Shown here: in pieces, positions 1 to 10,305 of the stretch | Layout of the letters: every line of letters starts with the position of its first letter | How positions within the stretch are numbered: position 1 is the stretch's first letter | Assembly (NCBI GenBank): GCA_965207075.1 | Contig: CBDBLO010000002.1 | Location: forward strand, 2,016,001 to 2,080,000 | DNA length: 64,000 nucleotides | Reading direction: 5' to 3' | From: Nitrosopumilus sp. | GTDB lineage: Archaea > Thermoproteota > Nitrososphaeria > Nitrososphaerales > Nitrosopumilaceae | Program-made: the position numbers and the translations under genes | The notes under the pieces: model-generated | Seen by the model: the letters and a program-made list of their open reading frames with translations, nothing else | What the model was told of the DNA's origin: nothing | Database searches by the model: none

Positions 1-50
1 CGTTAATAATTGATTAAAAAGTGGCAGGAATGGTCAGTTTTGCTGACCGT

Positions 51-124
51 GGGCCGGTCGTCTAGTCCGGTAGGATAGGTGCATGGCATGCATCGGATCG
101 AGGGTTCAAATCCCTTCCGGTCCA
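51..124 (+). tRNA. tRNA-Ala(GGC)
   Basis: Acceptor GGGCCGG/CCGGTCC+A with G3:U70; anticodon arm GGTGC-AT GGC AT-GCATC; T-loop GGTTCAAATCC. Confidence 0.93.
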
Positions 125-161
125 TTTTCTATTCATATACCGAGGAAGCAGTTTCTGGGTT

Positions 162-962
162 ATGCCACGTGCAGCGGGCGCCGGGATCCCCGTGCGGGCA
201 GAATGCAAATGGATTAGCCCGTTACAACGGGGCATTGCGGTCCGGGATGGCAAGCCTCACGCGCGCGCGAGGTTATGCAGCATGGCTAACATGACCACAT
301 TGCAGCCCGGCACCGGCGGCCAAAAATTTGGCCTTAAATCAAAACTGGTGATCTTGGAGGAGCGGTTGAGGGGATCTTCAAAAAAGCTGTTGGAAGCGGA
401 CGAGAACGTCGCAAGGTGGCACACGAACCTTGCGCGCTCAAGCCAGCTCACCGCCAACTCCCGGATAAGGCGGCTCAGCTTGTTCTACAAGAACACCGGG
501 ATAACCCCCGCCGAGATGGTCGCGACTGGAAGGGAGAGCAGCATGAAGGCCGAGGACATGATACTTGATTACGTGACGTGGATGGAGTCGCAAAAGTACG
601 CGCCGGGATACATAGAGGACGTCGTCAAGGCGCTCAAGTCGTGGCTGACGTACAACTATGTCGACATACGGCGCAAGATAAAGATGGCAAACGCCAGGAT
701 CCCCGTAACGCTGGAGGACGAGCAGGTGCCCACCCCGGCGCAGCTCGAGTCTATCATGAACACAGCTGATCCGCGCACCCGCGCCTGCATGTCCCTGATG
801 GCCTTTGCCGGGCTGCAGCCGCAGGTGATAGACAACCATGACGGGACCAACGGGCTGCGCGCCTCGGATGTCAAGGGGCTGCGCGCGGACGGCGATGGAG
901 GGGGCGCGGTCTCTTACCAGCTCAATTGGCGCGATGGCCCCCTTCCGGCTGTCGGCTCCTGA
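162..962 (+). pseudogene. Truncated tyrosine integrase (N-terminal half)
   Basis: Aligns by eye with the 41383 integrase (RWHxNL, KYAPGYI, IRRKIK, SLMAFAG); catalytic Arg replaced (AGLQPQ vs AGVRPQ); similarity ends near 890; no RAYF/MGH/Y motifs; true start probably downstream of 162. Confidence 0.85.
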
Positions 963-1494
963 ATGTCCCAGTGTCCTCCTCGCTCTACGATGGTCGGAGT
1001 GTTCATTCCCTGTTTGGCACGAGGTTCAGTCTTGGAGCGCTGCGCGTTCGCGTTCCCGGCCGGTGTTCGCCATGGGCGCGCCGGCTCAATGCCGCCCGCC
1101 GTGTCATGCGTATACGTCACCGCCCTCGTCGGTTACCTCCGAGGACGGTCAATCGCCTCCCTCTCCGGCCAACAGGCAGCCAAACTCAATCACCACTCCC
1201 GCTGGAAACTTACAATCCCAGACATTTCATGAGGCGCGCAGTTACCGTTCAACGTTCTCGCGCACCAACCGCATGTGTCGGTATCAACGTGTTCCCCATC
1301 GGTAACTCGCACTCCATTCTTGGCGCAGGTCGCCCGGGGCATCCGTGACCCTACTACCGTCAGCCGGTCCAGAACACGAGGCGTCTCGGGCATGTCCAGC
1401 GGCCTGCCCCGGGCTCCGTCCAGAACCGAGCACCTACGCATCCTGTCGGCTCGGTCGGCTCCGCCGATCCCAAGGGGGCTCCGGACACAGGTTC

Positions 1495-1562
1495 GGCAGG
1501 CGTCAGGCACGGAAGTCGACAATGTTGTCGACTTTGTCGACTTTGGCAGGCGTCAGGCACGG
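1495..1562. repeat. 18-bp direct repeat flanking a palindrome
   Basis: GGCAGGCGTCAGGCACGG at 1495-1512 and 1545-1562; AAGTCGACAA-TG-TTGTCGACTT at 1513-1534. Confidence 0.85.
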
Positions 1563-1755
1563 TTCGCAGACTTGAATCTACACAAGGCCGGCTTTTCTAC
1601 GATTGGGTATCACTCTGACTGCATCCTCAATCGCAGATACTTGCCAAGCAGTGGCATGACAAGTTCCACGCCGGACTTGCATATCGTGTCCCGCTAATGT
1701 ATGCGATTCCAGCGGGACGGCTTGCCGTCCATGTGACGGCCGGCAGTCCTTGGTT

Positions 1756-2898
1756 TTAGCACTGGCATTTGTCCTTGACGCTTTTGAGATCCTCAAGGTA
1801 CATGCCTTCCTTCTTGTATTCGTTGATTACGGACACGTCCTTGCTCAACCTCATCCCAATGTGGTTTGCAATCACGGCAAACCTCTGCTGAAACTTGTAG
1901 ATAAAGCAGAAGATCGTGTTGTGCTGCTGTAGCAACGGCCCCGTCACATAGAGGCCCGGGGTCTTTGTGGACTCGTCATAGGAATTCAACAGTGCCTTTT
2001 CCTCTTCCCAGTGGAACATCTCCTTGATCAGCGAGAGGCCTCCCGTAAAACCGGTGGCAAGGATCGGCCTTGTCTTTGACCGGATCTTTGTTTTCCCCGT
2101 CGAAATTACAAACTCGTCGTGCTTTTTTGCCACCTGGGTCACGCGCCCGATGAATATTTTTACCGTCTCGGCAGAGTTGACCCTTCTCAGCCTGTCCTTT
2201 GTGTACGGGGATATTATCCTACTGGGATCTATTTCATCACTGTCAAGCAGGTTCTTCGTGTCGATTATCGTGACCCGCTTGTCGCGCTCTGCAAGATTAA
2301 TCGCAGTATCCATGCCGCTTTCATAACCGCCTATGACAAAAAAATCGTCACCCTTAACCTCGTCCCAGTTGGTAATCAGGCTGTTGTGTATGCAGTACTC
2401 TGCACCCGGAAACGAGTTGTCCCTCGGGTATTGGAACTCCCCCGCCGCCCAGATTAGAAACATGGTCTCTATCTTCCCCTTGTCGGTGTCCAGGACAAAT
2501 CCACCCTCTGTCTTTAGCACCGAATTTACATTGATGCCGGTCCGGATTGGCAGCTTGAAGTGCTTTGAGAGGTTCTGTAGGTACGTCGCATACTCCTGCC
2601 CGCTGGGATGCTCCGTCTGCAGCGTCAGTGCAGGCGAGGTGTCGTATGTTATTGCGTTGAGATCTATCATCTTGAAGGTGTTGCTAAAGAACGAGGGAGT
2701 CAGCAGCTTCATCTGCTTTGGCCATTTGAGAAAGGAACTGCCGACGGCATTGCGTTCCAGGACTGTAAAGTTGATCCCCAACTTTTTCAGTATTATTGAC
2801 ACGCCTATTCCCGACGGTCCTGCACCCACCACGACTGTTTCAAACACTAGTTGCGGTCTGGGCAATAATGTTATTAATGTTTGGATTTTTTTTATCAA
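1756..2898 (-). CDS. NAD(P)/FAD-dependent oxidoreductase (flavin monooxygenase-like)
   Basis: VVVGAGPSG FAD motif, VIGGYESG second Rossmann motif, ILATGF; C-terminal KCQC; start uncertain. Confidence 0.85.
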   Translation of the reverse strand: MIKKIQTLITLLPRPQLVFETVVVGAGPSGIGVSIILKKLGINFTVLERNAVGSSFLKWPKQMKLLTPSFFSNTFKMIDLNAITYDTSPALTLQTEHPSGQEYATYLQNLSKHFKLPIRTGINVNSVLKTEGGFVLDTDKGKIETMFLIWAAGEFQYPRDNSFPGAEYCIHNSLITNWDEVKGDDFFVIGGYESGMDTAINLAERDKRVTIIDTKNLLDSDEIDPSRIISPYTKDRLRRVNSAETVKIFIGRVTQVAKKHDEFVISTGKTKIRSKTRPILATGFTGGLSLIKEMFHWEEEKALLNSYDESTKTPGLYVTGPLLQQHNTIFCFIYKFQQRFAVIANHIGMRLSKDVSVINEYKKEGMYLEDLKSVKDKCQC

Positions 2899-3114
2899 AA
2901 AATATTAATATTATTCAAAATCTTAATAAACAGAGGCGCCACGGGGGTATTGGGAGCATGAAGGTTGTAACATCGAGGCTGGAAGGAATGCAGGCATTAC
3001 CGAACCGGAGGCTGTCCGGTCCGGGGGCGGGCGCGGGGTGCTGGGAGACGGGGGCCCTGCGGCAGGCCTGGCAGCATCTCGGATGCCAGAAAGGGCCGAG
3101 GCCTGCAGGACGAG

Positions 3115-3792
3115 ATGACTGCGGGGTGCCTGAGGCGAGAGCCAAGACGCATGTCCCAAGGACTGACTTGTTGCAGATCTGAAATGACCGCGCAGAGCTC
3201 TACAATGGGAAAGTCGGCCCACATCCACACGATGCGCGTCCCCAAGCGCCTTCAGAAGGAGTGGAAAAAACTGTTTACAAAGCAGCTGTACTGCATGGGA
3301 CAAGACATACGGCACGGAGACAACCTGCTGCTGCGGTACGGCTTTACAAGACAGAGGCCCCCGAACCCGGACATGGGAAGCAGCCAGTATTCGCTCATTA
3401 CACAGAACGGGCAGGTACTTTTGTGGGGTTTTGGAATGATGTTTTCTGCAAAAAACGACGGATTGTTCTTGTGGCGCCACGAGTTTGAACCGAAATTCGT
3501 CAGGGTCAGCTCGCTCCTGCCCAACACGTGGAGCTGTGACCAGCTTCCGCGACGCACAATGCCAAAAACCGCGGAGGAGGCGCTGCGGATGCTGCAGATG
3601 CTCGTTGAATCCATGAGGTGGCTGGAAAGCTATGAAAACTGGGTGCATGCCACGTGCGGACAGTCATACCGCAGCAAGTCACTGCAGAGAGAGTATGCAT
3701 CCGATCCGGTCCAGCGCATGGACGAGGCGTGGCGCAAACTGTCTGAGGAGTTTGCAAAAATCCTAAAAACCCAGGCTGGGGCCACGCCATGA
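3115..3792 (+). CDS. Hypothetical protein
   Basis: 225-aa ORF with globular composition (YCMGQDIRHGDNLLLRYGF); start probably near 3184-3205. Confidence 0.65.
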   Translation: MTAGCLRREPRRMSQGLTCCRSEMTAQSSTMGKSAHIHTMRVPKRLQKEWKKLFTKQLYCMGQDIRHGDNLLLRYGFTRQRPPNPDMGSSQYSLITQNGQVLLWGFGMMFSAKNDGLFLWRHEFEPKFVRVSSLLPNTWSCDQLPRRTMPKTAEEALRMLQMLVESMRWLESYENWVHATCGQSYRSKSLQREYASDPVQRMDEAWRKLSEEFAKILKTQAGATP

Positions 3793-3822
3793 CATGGCTG
3801 GACCGGCCGTGGACCGTTTTGG

Positions 3823-5460
3823 TCAAATCTGAAGAAAGGCATTCCAAAGTTTGTCAGAATGCGCCAGCAGCAGCGTAAACGCGACGGCTGCAATGATCTG
3901 TTTTGCCGCCATCCTGACTGCAAACTTCCACGACATCTCGCGCACTATGGTCAGGAAAGTCACGATGCACGGCAGCAGCGTCCCGGCCAGGTAGACGCCC
4001 GTCAGTACCTGCAGCGCCGAAAGCGAGTCCGCCATGCCGGGTTCGGCAAGAAGCAGCAGCCCGTCCTTCCGGATGGAGCCGAACATTACTGCAAGCGCCG
4101 AGTCCCCCGGCAGGTTGAACAGGCTCATTATGAGGCCAAGCTCCCCTGCAAGAAGGGCTATGACGCCCGTCCAGTTCAGGAGGGATGCGACAAACGTGAT
4201 CGCAAAAAAGACCGGGAGTGCCGTCCTGAAGAACTGCGTTATGCTCTGCCTTGACTCCCTCCAGGTGGAGCTGAACGTGGGCCTCTCAAAGAACACCTGG
4301 CCGTCAATCACCGGCATGCCAAGCTTGGAGCGGTTCTTCCTTGTACTGACCAGCCGGGAGTAGACAACGGTGGTTCCGGCCAGGTAGATCAGGAACGGAA
4401 CCACCAGCCACGGCATGCCGGACGCGGCCAAGACCGCGATGGTCGCACCAAACTGATACGAACACGCAGAGCCGAAGCTTATTGCCGAGACGGTCGTGCC
4501 CCTAGAGCAGCCTGAACAGGACCTGCTGCTGATTACAGCAGGCACGTTGCAGCCAAAACCCATCACTATTCTGGTCACGTCCCTTCCACTCACCCCGATC
4601 CTTCTTACCAGCGGATGAATCGCCAGTGACGTGCGGTCCAGCAGCCCTGTCGACTTGTAGACACCGAGCAGCAGCGAGTATATGGTAATTGTCGGCGCCG
4701 CCCAGACAAAGAGGAACGGGCCCATGGAAAAGAGCCCGTATTCCCCGGCAAGGATGTACGTCAGCAAAGGCGGCAACGGCAGTGCCTCCAGGCGCTCCAC
4801 CGGCCCTGCCATGAGATCTGCCACTATGGGGTGGACGAGGCCTGCAAAGTAATTGGCCCCTGCAACTGACAGTATAGAAGGGGCCAGCAGCGACGCCATC
4901 CCGATTACGATCCCCATGTGCCTCTTTTCAAGGACCGTCGACTTGGGCCTGAGTGAGATTCCGGTGTGGAACGTCTTGTTTGAAAAGGTGCGGGGATTCT
5001 CTAGCGTCTTGCCGATCCTGCTCTTTTGAAACTCTGTGATCCTCCGCGCGTCGAGGGCAATTACGGGCATCCCCAGATCCCGCTCCAGCTGCTCAATTAT
5101 GGCAGCATTCTTTGAATTCGCCACCCTGTCCCAATTCGTCACTATTATCGCCCCCTTTTTGGCCTTGACCAATGAAAAGAGGTACTCGAGATCCTCATCC
5201 ATGCTTGTGGCACGGACGACAAGCAGTATGGAATCGTCCTCCTGCATTGACGCGATTGCAGTCCTTGTCGTTTCACTGTCAGAGTCAAAAACTATTCCCG
5301 GCGTGTCTACAAAGTCGAACCTGTTGCCGCTGTAGGATTCACTTGAGATCGTAGAGCCCCTGATGTTGCTGCCCCCCGCATCCTTTCCTGTAAGCGACGA
5401 GATTAGCTGTGATTTTCCAACTCCCTCCTTTCCAATTACTATGAATCTGGGAACGTTCAT
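3823..5460 (-). CDS. FeoB-like GTPase with gate (nucleoside-recognition) membrane domain
   Basis: G1 GKEGVGKS, G3 DTPG, G4-like TNWD; many TM helices; GFGCNVPAV gate motif; extra Cys in RSCSGCSR and SACSYQ. Confidence 0.85.
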   Translation of the reverse strand: MNVPRFIVIGKEGVGKSQLISSLTGKDAGGSNIRGSTISSESYSGNRFDFVDTPGIVFDSDSETTRTAIASMQEDDSILLVVRATSMDEDLEYLFSLVKAKKGAIIVTNWDRVANSKNAAIIEQLERDLGMPVIALDARRITEFQKSRIGKTLENPRTFSNKTFHTGISLRPKSTVLEKRHMGIVIGMASLLAPSILSVAGANYFAGLVHPIVADLMAGPVERLEALPLPPLLTYILAGEYGLFSMGPFLFVWAAPTITIYSLLLGVYKSTGLLDRTSLAIHPLVRRIGVSGRDVTRIVMGFGCNVPAVISSRSCSGCSRGTTVSAISFGSACSYQFGATIAVLAASGMPWLVVPFLIYLAGTTVVYSRLVSTRKNRSKLGMPVIDGQVFFERPTFSSTWRESRQSITQFFRTALPVFFAITFVASLLNWTGVIALLAGELGLIMSLFNLPGDSALAVMFGSIRKDGLLLLAEPGMADSLSALQVLTGVYLAGTLLPCIVTFLTIVREMSWKFAVRMAAKQIIAAVAFTLLLAHSDKLWNAFLQI

Positions 5461-5489
5461 TGCAGATCATAAAAAGGTGGGAGCGCGGA

Positions 5490-5741
5490 CTAGCCGCATG
5501 GTGCGTTCTTAATCTGAGGGGTCCCGCTCATGGCGTGATGCCAGTCAATCCTCTGCCCCCTGTCCCCAAAGGTCGCGTCATCCATTTTGGAAAGCCAGGC
5601 CTGGAAAGGGATGCGGCTCCCAGACACGCTAACACCGTACACCCTTCCCATGCCGGCGTAGACATTTGGAACTTTATGCATCCGGTCCTGCGCCCTGCCG
5701 ATCTCTTCAACTTCAAGATTTACTTGGAATGTCTTGGTCAT
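5490..5741 (-). CDS. Small hypothetical protein upstream of FeoB-like gene
   Basis: ATG start about 25 nt downstream of an AT-rich TATA-like stretch; co-oriented with FeoB-like gene. Confidence 0.4.
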   Translation of the reverse strand: MTKTFQVNLEVEEIGRAQDRMHKVPNVYAGMGRVYGVSVSGSRIPFQAWLSKMDDATFGDRGQRIDWHHAMSGTPQIKNAPCG

Positions 5742-6015
5742 GCCACTGGTATCGGCCCGGCACTATTTATATATTATTAAATATTTCAGAATCTTTCATA
5801 GTTATTATTAAAAATCATTAGATTATTAATATCATGGAGCACAGGGGCGGGCGGTTCATGGCAATGCTAGGGTGATGCAGGCACAGGATGGGAGTGCCCC
5901 CCGCATTGCCGTGCTGGACACATTCCGGTCCACCATCTACAGGGCGCGGACCGCGTTGCGTTTGACAGTGTCAGGCCAGCCTCCGACACGGTTCTAGTGC
6001 AGGCGGGGTGCCGGG

Positions 6016-6270
6016 TTAGTACTCAACGCCCATGGCCGATCCTTTCAAATGTTTCACCACATCCCAGACGCTCCCACCCCCAGTCTCATGCCAGAGAATC
6101 CCGAAGTACTTTTGAAACTCGTACGTGACCACGGGGCCACAGCCGTTGTCAGATCCCAACCAACTGGGTTGGGGCCCGTCAACAAATATGCACATGCTGG
6201 GCCCGGTCAAGCCAGCCCAGGCGGCAAAGCCTGCAGAAGCCAGTATCGTAATCTTGTACCTTCTCTTCAA
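6016..6270 (-). CDS. Small secreted/membrane hypothetical protein
   Basis: Basic N-terminus plus hydrophobic segment, two Cys. Confidence 0.45.
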   Translation of the reverse strand: MKRRYKITILASAGFAAWAGLTGPSMCIFVDGPQPSWLGSDNGCGPVVTYEFQKYFGILWHETGGGSVWDVVKHLKGSAMGVEY

Positions 6271-6505
6271 CCATTTCGGCTAAAGCCGGGGCACTCATAA
6301 AGAATTCTCAACTTGAGCGTCATTTCCCAGAAGATGTTGGATAATCACAGTCATTTGGAATCTCAAGCACTATTGGCATGATTACCTGGGCCTGTTGACT
6401 GCGCGTATCACTGTGTGGGGCTGGGAGGGCGCGGACGAACGCGTATCTCCTCTTAGCAACTGTTCATTTTAAAGACTTATAGAAACGGCTCCGCACAAAT
6501 CCGTA

Positions 6506-7885
6506 TTGAATAAAGTTGCAATATATGCCATCGTCGGGGCCGTGATTGCAATAGGGATTGCAGCTGCGGCCGTTTCGTACCCAGCCGACGAGCCCGCAGA
6601 CATGGACGCCGACATGCAGCCGGAGGATGCCGCCACGACGGTGCCAGAAAATGCAGGGGCGCCCGGCGATGTCAACGAGACGGCAGACGAGGACACGGAT
6701 GACGGGAGAGACAGCGGGGCCGATGGCGACAGCAGCGCGGCGTCATCAGACACAAGGACGGTAGACGTCGGGGCGCTGATCCCGGTAACCGGGGACCTGG
6801 CAAGCTACGGGATCGACACGAGATACGGGCTGGACATGGCATTGGACCACTTCAACGCATACCTGCAGGACAAGGGGGCGGACTGGCGCATGAGGCTCGT
6901 CGCGGAAGACACGCAGACCAACCCGATCACCGCCCTTGAAAAGATACAGTCGCTTGACGCCAAGGGGATAAAGTACATACTGGGGCCGTCGTCGAGCGCG
7001 GAGATCCGCAACATCATGGCGTACGTGAACTCCAACAACATGCTGCTGATATCGCCCTCGTCCACGTCGCCCAAGCTGGCAATCCCGGGCGACAACATAT
7101 TCAGGTTTGTCCCCGACGACAGCAAGCAGGGCACCGTGATAGCGGCGCTGCTAGAAGACCGCGGCATCAAGGCCATAGTAGCCGTATACCGCGGCGACAT
7201 ATGGGGCGACGGGCTGTTTGAGACGGCGGCGGCCGCGTTTGAGGACAGGGGCGGCGTCGTGGCAGAGGGCATACGCTACAACCCGGAGATAACCACGTTC
7301 TCCTCGGAGATGCACGCGCTCTCGAGTCTGGTGGCCCAGCTGCACGACACGTACGAGCGCGGCGAGGTAGGCGTCCTCCTCATAAGTTTCGACGAGGCGT
7401 CGCACATGTTCAACTCCGCGGTCGAGTACGAGAACCTGCGAAGCATACAGTGGATCGGCTCCGAGGGGGTCACGGGGGCGCACACCATCACGGACGACGA
7501 GCGCGCGGCCAAGTTTGCGGAGGATACCAGGCTAATGGCGCTGCAGTTCTCTGCGTCGGACAACGAGGTGTTCAGGGACGTCAGGGATGAGTTTGAGAGG
7601 CGGTCGGGCGCCACCCCCAACAACAACTACATCTACGCGTCGTATGACAGCCTGTGGGCGCTGGGCCTCGCGATGGAGGCGGCGGGGCCTGACGTGCAGG
7701 ACATCATAGAGCAGCTCCCAGATACCGTCACCGGGCGCACCGGTGCGCTGGGTGACGTCACGTTCAACGAGGCGGGGGACCTGGACGTCACGGACTATGA
7801 GTTTCTGATAGTTGCAGACGGCGAGTGGGCGCCCGCGGCCAGGTATGACGCGGCCACGGGTGAGATTGTGGACTATCACCAATAG
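6506..7885 (+). CDS. ABC transporter substrate-binding protein, LivK/type 1 periplasmic binding fold
   Basis: N-terminal anchor, acidic linker, ISPSSTSPKL, NIFRFVPDD, YASYD; clear paralog of the 17063 domains. Confidence 0.92.
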   Translation: MNKVAIYAIVGAVIAIGIAAAAVSYPADEPADMDADMQPEDAATTVPENAGAPGDVNETADEDTDDGRDSGADGDSSAASSDTRTVDVGALIPVTGDLASYGIDTRYGLDMALDHFNAYLQDKGADWRMRLVAEDTQTNPITALEKIQSLDAKGIKYILGPSSSAEIRNIMAYVNSNNMLLISPSSTSPKLAIPGDNIFRFVPDDSKQGTVIAALLEDRGIKAIVAVYRGDIWGDGLFETAAAAFEDRGGVVAEGIRYNPEITTFSSEMHALSSLVAQLHDTYERGEVGVLLISFDEASHMFNSAVEYENLRSIQWIGSEGVTGAHTITDDERAAKFAEDTRLMALQFSASDNEVFRDVRDEFERRSGATPNNNYIYASYDSLWALGLAMEAAGPDVQDIIEQLPDTVTGRTGALGDVTFNEAGDLDVTDYEFLIVADGEWAPAARYDAATGEIVDYHQ

Positions 7886-8033
7886 GCGGCACCGGCAGCC
7901 GCGCGGCACGCGCGGGGGTGTGATGATGGAAGGAGGCACAGGTGCAGGCACGCAACCGCCGTACGTCATACGTGCCGTGCGTAGCGCTAGTTTAGAAATT
8001 CCATCCCGTACGTCGGGCTCAGAGTCGATGATG

Positions 8034-8523
8034 TCATAGTTCAGCAGGAGCTCGTACGGCTACGTCCAGCAGCGGAGGCGTGCCAAACTCCATGGGAACT
8101 GCCGTCACGCCGCTGCCATAGTCATTACTCGGTTGGCCAGCATGCTCCTTGTCATGAACTCCGACTCGTCTCCGGCGCACCGGACGTCTTTCCCAGTCCC
8201 GCGGCTCGCGATTCCGGGCTCCCTTAGCGCCATCGGCGCAAGCGGGCCCTGCCTGCATGTGACTACCAGGGCGCGCGTCGGCGCCCGTAACCCTAGTCCG
8301 CGGCGCCTGCAACCGCGTCCCCAACGGACGTGCCCTCAAAGTCGAACGACCCTATGATGACTGCCACGCCGTTGTCCAGATGGCATCCCTTCCGGTCGGC
8401 CGTGTAAACGCCCGCAAGCTGCGCCTGACCCGCCCGCCTGAGCTTTGCCGCCGTCACCATCTCGGCAGGGTCACCGTCGGCCGTAGACAGGGACGGGACT
8501 GGATCCCGCCACAGCAACGACAA
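8034..8523 (-). pseudogene. Possible decayed substrate-binding protein paralog
   Basis: Fragments VGDAVAGAAD*GY (cf. IGAAAQDGY in the neighbour) and NDYGSGV in different frames. Confidence 0.3.
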
Positions 8524-8638
8524 TCACGATTGCGAGTATGGCCTTGCTCTGCCCGCGAGGCGAACAAGCGGAGAGGCTTGTTAATTGCCAGTAACAGACA
8601 GGCACGTCCTGCAAATAAGAAACCCCGGCACGCCGTGA

Positions 8639-9994
8639 TCAGCGGCACACGTTGGGAGGAGCCAGCGCCACCCAGTCGTAGACGCCGTCGGCGACCTCGA
8701 CCACGTGGTATACGACGTACGCCCTGGTTTCAGTCAGGTCACCCGTCGCCGGATCCAGCATGTAGTCGCCCATCGCCCCCTCGCCCAGGATTCTGTTTTC
8801 GTGGGGCACCGGGTCCATGTTGTTGTTGGCCACGTCAAATATGACGGCCTTTAGGTCTGCACCATCACCATCAACGCCGCCGATTGCAAGGACGTCGGCC
8901 AAGAGGTGGACTGCATCGTACGAGGCAAAGTTGAAGTTTCTAAAGCCGGGGCTGAACGTCGGCAGTTCTGCGAGCGGGGCGTTGACGTCGGTGCTCGCAA
9001 TCTCGAATACAACGACGTTCATGTCTACACGATCGGCAAATGCGGCGGCAGTTGGGTCGCCCGTAATGAAGGGAGAGTGTCCGAGATAATTGTAGCCAAA
9101 CCACTTTACGTCGTCTAGGACGGTCAGCTGCGGGTTGGCCGCAATGGCGTGGGCCATGGTAACGAAGGTGGGCGGCTGCGTGGCCGCGAATACCCCTATC
9201 CGATCACTGCCGTGCTGGTCAATCAGCGCGGTTAGATCGTCGTTCAGTTGGATCAGCGACTCGGTGTTAGCCGCCAAGTCGTTGAAACCATATATTGGAA
9301 TTGCGTCAGGCTGGTAGTGGTCGTGCAGGTCGTCTGGGAAGAAGCCCTGCTCTACGAGCGGCTCGAACGCCGCATCGGTGACTATAATCACGCTCCCGAC
9401 GCCCTGCCTGTCAAACTGCTCTAAGAGACGCTCGCCCTGCGTCGCAACGTTGGGCGCCAGCCTGAAGAGATTGTCGTCCGCGGCCAGGGAGGGTGGCAGG
9501 GTGGACTGAGATGCTGGCGATATGAGTATTGTATCTGACAGAGTTGGTATATTGTTTACGACCTGTTGGACTACAAAAAGGGCCTGATCGTCGGACGGGG
9601 CGATAAAGTGCTTGTAGCCGTCCTGGGCGGCGGCGCCAATCTGCTGTCCCACAAATAGCCCATGGGCCGGATCCGAAAAATTCCCCCTGATGTCAATAAA
9701 CTTTAGCTCCAGCTCTGCGTTGAAGTGAGCTGAGGATTCCTCATTCCAGGCATCCCGGGCCGCCTCCATTGCCAGGTTGGGGCCTTCCTCAAAGATGGGC
9801 AGGGATGCCGAGAGCACGCCGATCTTTATCTTCTCAGTGGTCTGCGCCATCGCCGCCTCCGACATGCCGACGGCGGCCAAGGCTGCCACGGCTACCACCG
9901 CTGCGATCAGCAGCTTGCCTGTGGCATGCGGGGCAGAGGCGGCCTTTGGGCCGCGCGCCAGTCTTGCCTGCGGTGTGTCTGAAAGATCGTACAT
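8639..9994 (-). CDS. Divergent type 1 periplasmic binding protein (LivK-like)
   Basis: Signal/TM segment, IKIGVL, ILISPAS, NLFRLAP, ASYDAV motifs; start taken at ATG 9994. Confidence 0.85.
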   Translation of the reverse strand: MYDLSDTPQARLARGPKAASAPHATGKLLIAAVVAVAALAAVGMSEAAMAQTTEKIKIGVLSASLPIFEEGPNLAMEAARDAWNEESSAHFNAELELKFIDIRGNFSDPAHGLFVGQQIGAAAQDGYKHFIAPSDDQALFVVQQVVNNIPTLSDTILISPASQSTLPPSLAADDNLFRLAPNVATQGERLLEQFDRQGVGSVIIVTDAAFEPLVEQGFFPDDLHDHYQPDAIPIYGFNDLAANTESLIQLNDDLTALIDQHGSDRIGVFAATQPPTFVTMAHAIAANPQLTVLDDVKWFGYNYLGHSPFITGDPTAAAFADRVDMNVVVFEIASTDVNAPLAELPTFSPGFRNFNFASYDAVHLLADVLAIGGVDGDGADLKAVIFDVANNNMDPVPHENRILGEGAMGDYMLDPATGDLTETRAYVVYHVVEVADGVYDWVALAPPNVCR

Positions 9995-10305
9995 GTATAC
10001 TGCTGTATCATCATTTAACTGGTTAATAACATTTGTGAACGAGCAGGCGCCGCCCAGATCACGCGCCGCAAAGTATGAACGCAGCACCCTGCCTCAGACC
10101 CACCAAGACGGTCAAAAGGCCCCGCTCGACGGTCCCCTAATCTGCAGACATATGGGAACCAAGCCGCCGCTACGACGGCCGCCTTCGCGCCCGGCGCGTG
10201 CCGCGCGCAGTCCAAGGCGTCAAGCAGCATGATCCGCGTGCCGGATGCAGGCGCCGGATGGAGCCGACTGTCCATCGCCCCGTCATCCAGTATGCATACC
10301 GTGAG

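Noticed and set aside
838-1697. Overlapping ORFs after the truncated integrase
   Set aside because: None continues the integrase motifs or matches a family I can recognise; probably decayed sequence
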